Both the position numbers and the translations under genes were made by a program. From Octopus sinensis (Eukaryota): a DNA stretch of 64,000 bases. The stretch's first letter is position 1; each line of letters starts with the position of its first letter. This document shows positions 61,446 through 64,000 of this stretch, piece after piece. The notes under the pieces were generated by a model. The model did not search any database and had not been told where the DNA came from. It saw only the letters and a list, made by a program, of their open reading frames with translations. Where the stretch lies: the NCBI RefSeq assembly GCF_006345805.1, contig NC_043015.1, forward strand, positions 41,354,001 to 41,418,000, given 5' to 3'.

Positions 61446-62280
61446 TTGCCTGCTCCATGTACCACATGTGATATGCAGGAAATATTTCTCTGGCATTTGT
61501 GCCTCATATACGATACTCATTCTTTTGCCTGTCTTGTATACCACATGTGATATGCAGGAAATATTTTCCTGACATCCGTGCATCATATATGACACATTCT
61601 TTTGCCTGCTCCATGTACCACATGTGATATGCAAGAAATATTTCCCTAGCATCCATGCATCATATATGATACACATTCTTTTGCCTGTCTTGTGTGCCAC
61701 ATGTGATATGCAAAAAATATTTCTCTGGCATTCATGCATGATACATGACATTCTTTTGCTTGTATTGTGTACCACATGTGATATGCAAGAAATATTTCCC
61801 TAGCATCCATGCATCATATATGATACACATTCTTTTGCCTGTCTTGTGTGCCACATGTGATATGCAAAAAATATTTCTCTGGCATTCATGCATCATACAT
61901 GACATTCTTTTGCCTGTCTTGTGTACCACATGTGATATGCAGGAAATATTTCTCTGGCATTCATGCATCATACATGACATTCTTTTGCCTCTCTTGTGTA
62001 CCACATGTGATATGTAAAAAATATTTCTCTGACATCCATGCACCATATATGATACACGTTCTTTTGCCTCTCTTGTGTACCACATGTGATATCCAAAAAA
62101 TATTCCCTGGCATTCATGCATCATATATGACACATTCTTTTGCCTGTCTTGTGTACTACATGTGACATACAAAAAAATTTCTCTGGCATTCATGCATCAT
62201 ATATGACACATTCTTTTGTCTGTTTTCTGTACCACATGTGATATGCAAGAAATAGTTCCCTAGCATCCATGCATCATATC
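61446..62280 (+). repeat. Minisatellite, 11 units of 75-79 bp
   Basis: (c)acatgtga anchors at about 61463, 61542, 61619, 61698, 61773, 61852, 61927, 62002, 62081, 62157 and 62233. Confidence 0.92.
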
Positions 62281-62791
62281 TATCCCCATATATACCCCAT
62301 ATTTTTCAAGCTTACTCAGAACGTATAAAACAAGGGCTAACTAAACATCTAAACATATAAACATAGATGTTTAAGGGCAAAATTATGAAAATGCTTTGAA
62401 CGGGCAAAAGACTATTTGGCCAAAATAATGTTCCCATCACACAACAGTTTCCCTAAAATATTTGGCTCCCTGCTGTGTAACCAACATGTTACTAATTAAC
62501 TCTGTTGAAATTGATTATAATGATGTTGATGATTGTTATCCTGATGATGTTCTTGTTATCTCTCAACTTTTCTTGAGAGAAATTTTTTTTAATTGCAAAA
62601 AAAAAAAAAACGTAAAAAAGAATAAAAATTGTAAATAAAATTGATAAATATAAAACAAAGGAAAAAATTCTCTCCGTGTTATGTTATTGGATAATGTATA
62701 TATTTATGTGTGTGTGTGCACGAGTACATACACAAACACACATGTATTCACATATACGCATAGATGCACTCACACATACACACACTCCCTC

Positions 62792-62826
<35 letters not shown>

Positions 62827-64000
62827 AAACCCTTTTTATTTTTGTTTTTTTTAATGTAATTCTGTCTTTATTCTGTATTGAATCAAGAACATAATTCTCC
62901 CGGATGGATAATGAAAGGTAAAATCGAACCCTCTACCTCAGAGTGATGTTGGAATTGAAATGAAATTCTAACAACAGTAAAGAAAGTGCTTGGCTTACTC
63001 AATGTACCAAACGAAGACATTTTAATTAACTAAAATTTCACTTGGTGAAGATTCGTTGCCTCATGGTTAGTGCATTGCACTCACAATCATAAGATCACAG
63101 TTTCAATTTCCATACCAGGCAGTGCATTGTGATCTTCATCCCTTCATCTTCATCATCGTTTAGCGTCCGCTTTCCATGCTAGCATGGGTTGGACGGTTCA
63201 ACTGGGGTCTGGTAAGCCATGGAGGCTGCACCAGGCCCAGTCTGACCTGGCAGTGTTTCTACAGCCAGATGCCCTTCCTAATGCCAACCACTCCGTAAGT
63301 GTAGTGGGTGCTTTTTACGTGCCACCGGCACAGGTGCCAGATGAGGCTGGCAAACGGCCCACAATCGGATGGTGCTTTTTACGTGCCAGTTGGGGCGGCG
63401 CTGGCAACGGCCACGTTCGGATGGCTCTCTTACGTGCCACCGGCACTGGTATCATAGCTGCAATTTCCATTGATGTTGATCGATTTTGATTCTCACTTGC
63501 CTCAATAGGTCTTCACAAGTAGAGTTTTGTGTCCCCCCAATTGTGCTGGTGGCACATAAAGAGCACCTTTCGAGCGTGATCGTTACCAGCATCGCCTTAC
63601 TGGCACTTGTGCCAGTGGCATGTGAAAAAACATTCGAGCAAGGTCGTTGCTAGTGTTGCTGGACTGGCTCCTGTGCAGGTGGCCCGTAAAAAACACCATT
63701 TGAGCGTGACCGTTGCCAGTACTGCCTGACTGGCCCTCGTGCCGGTGGCACGTAAAAAGCACCCACTATGCTCTCGGAGTAGTTGGCATTAGGAAGGGCA
63801 TCCAGCTGTAGAAACTCTGCTAGATTAGATTGGAGCCTGGCGCAGCCATGTGGTTCGCCCGTCTTCAGTCAAATCGTCCAACCCATGCTAGCATGGAAAG
63901 CGGACGTTAAATGATGATGATGATGATCCCAAAAGGAAAGGAGAAATTATCGTAAGAAATCAGCATTAAATAGAATTGAAATTTTTAGAAAATTTTTTTT

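Overview
AT-rich, repeat-dense eukaryotic DNA. It is most likely from an octopus (coleoid cephalopod); this is inferred from the SINE and microsatellite landscape and the mollusc-type metallothionein, not proven. Two spliced + strand genes can be built with GT-AG introns and consistent phases. (1) A 3-exon metallothionein (7506-24806; 69 aa, 19 Cys) with a 15-kb first intron and MRE/ARE-like motifs upstream. (2) A 14-exon PYROXD1 orthologue (42315-59447; 488 aa). The rest is microsatellite, five recurring SINE-like families, RTE/CR1 LINE ends, non-autonomous Helitrons, mariner remnants and piggyBac/hAT-like MITEs. The most unusual structures are an ~800-bp near-spacerless palindrome in MT intron 1, minimal hammerhead-like motifs (one with a U3-A8 core covariation, sitting in the loop of an inverted repeat), a short His-containing C-terminal MT domain, one SINE head joined to three different tails, and a 75-79-bp palindrome-rich minisatellite downstream of PYROXD1. 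Nearly all ORFs in the supplied track are microsatellite or repeat artefacts. Coordinates were counted by eye, and repeat boundaries are approximate.
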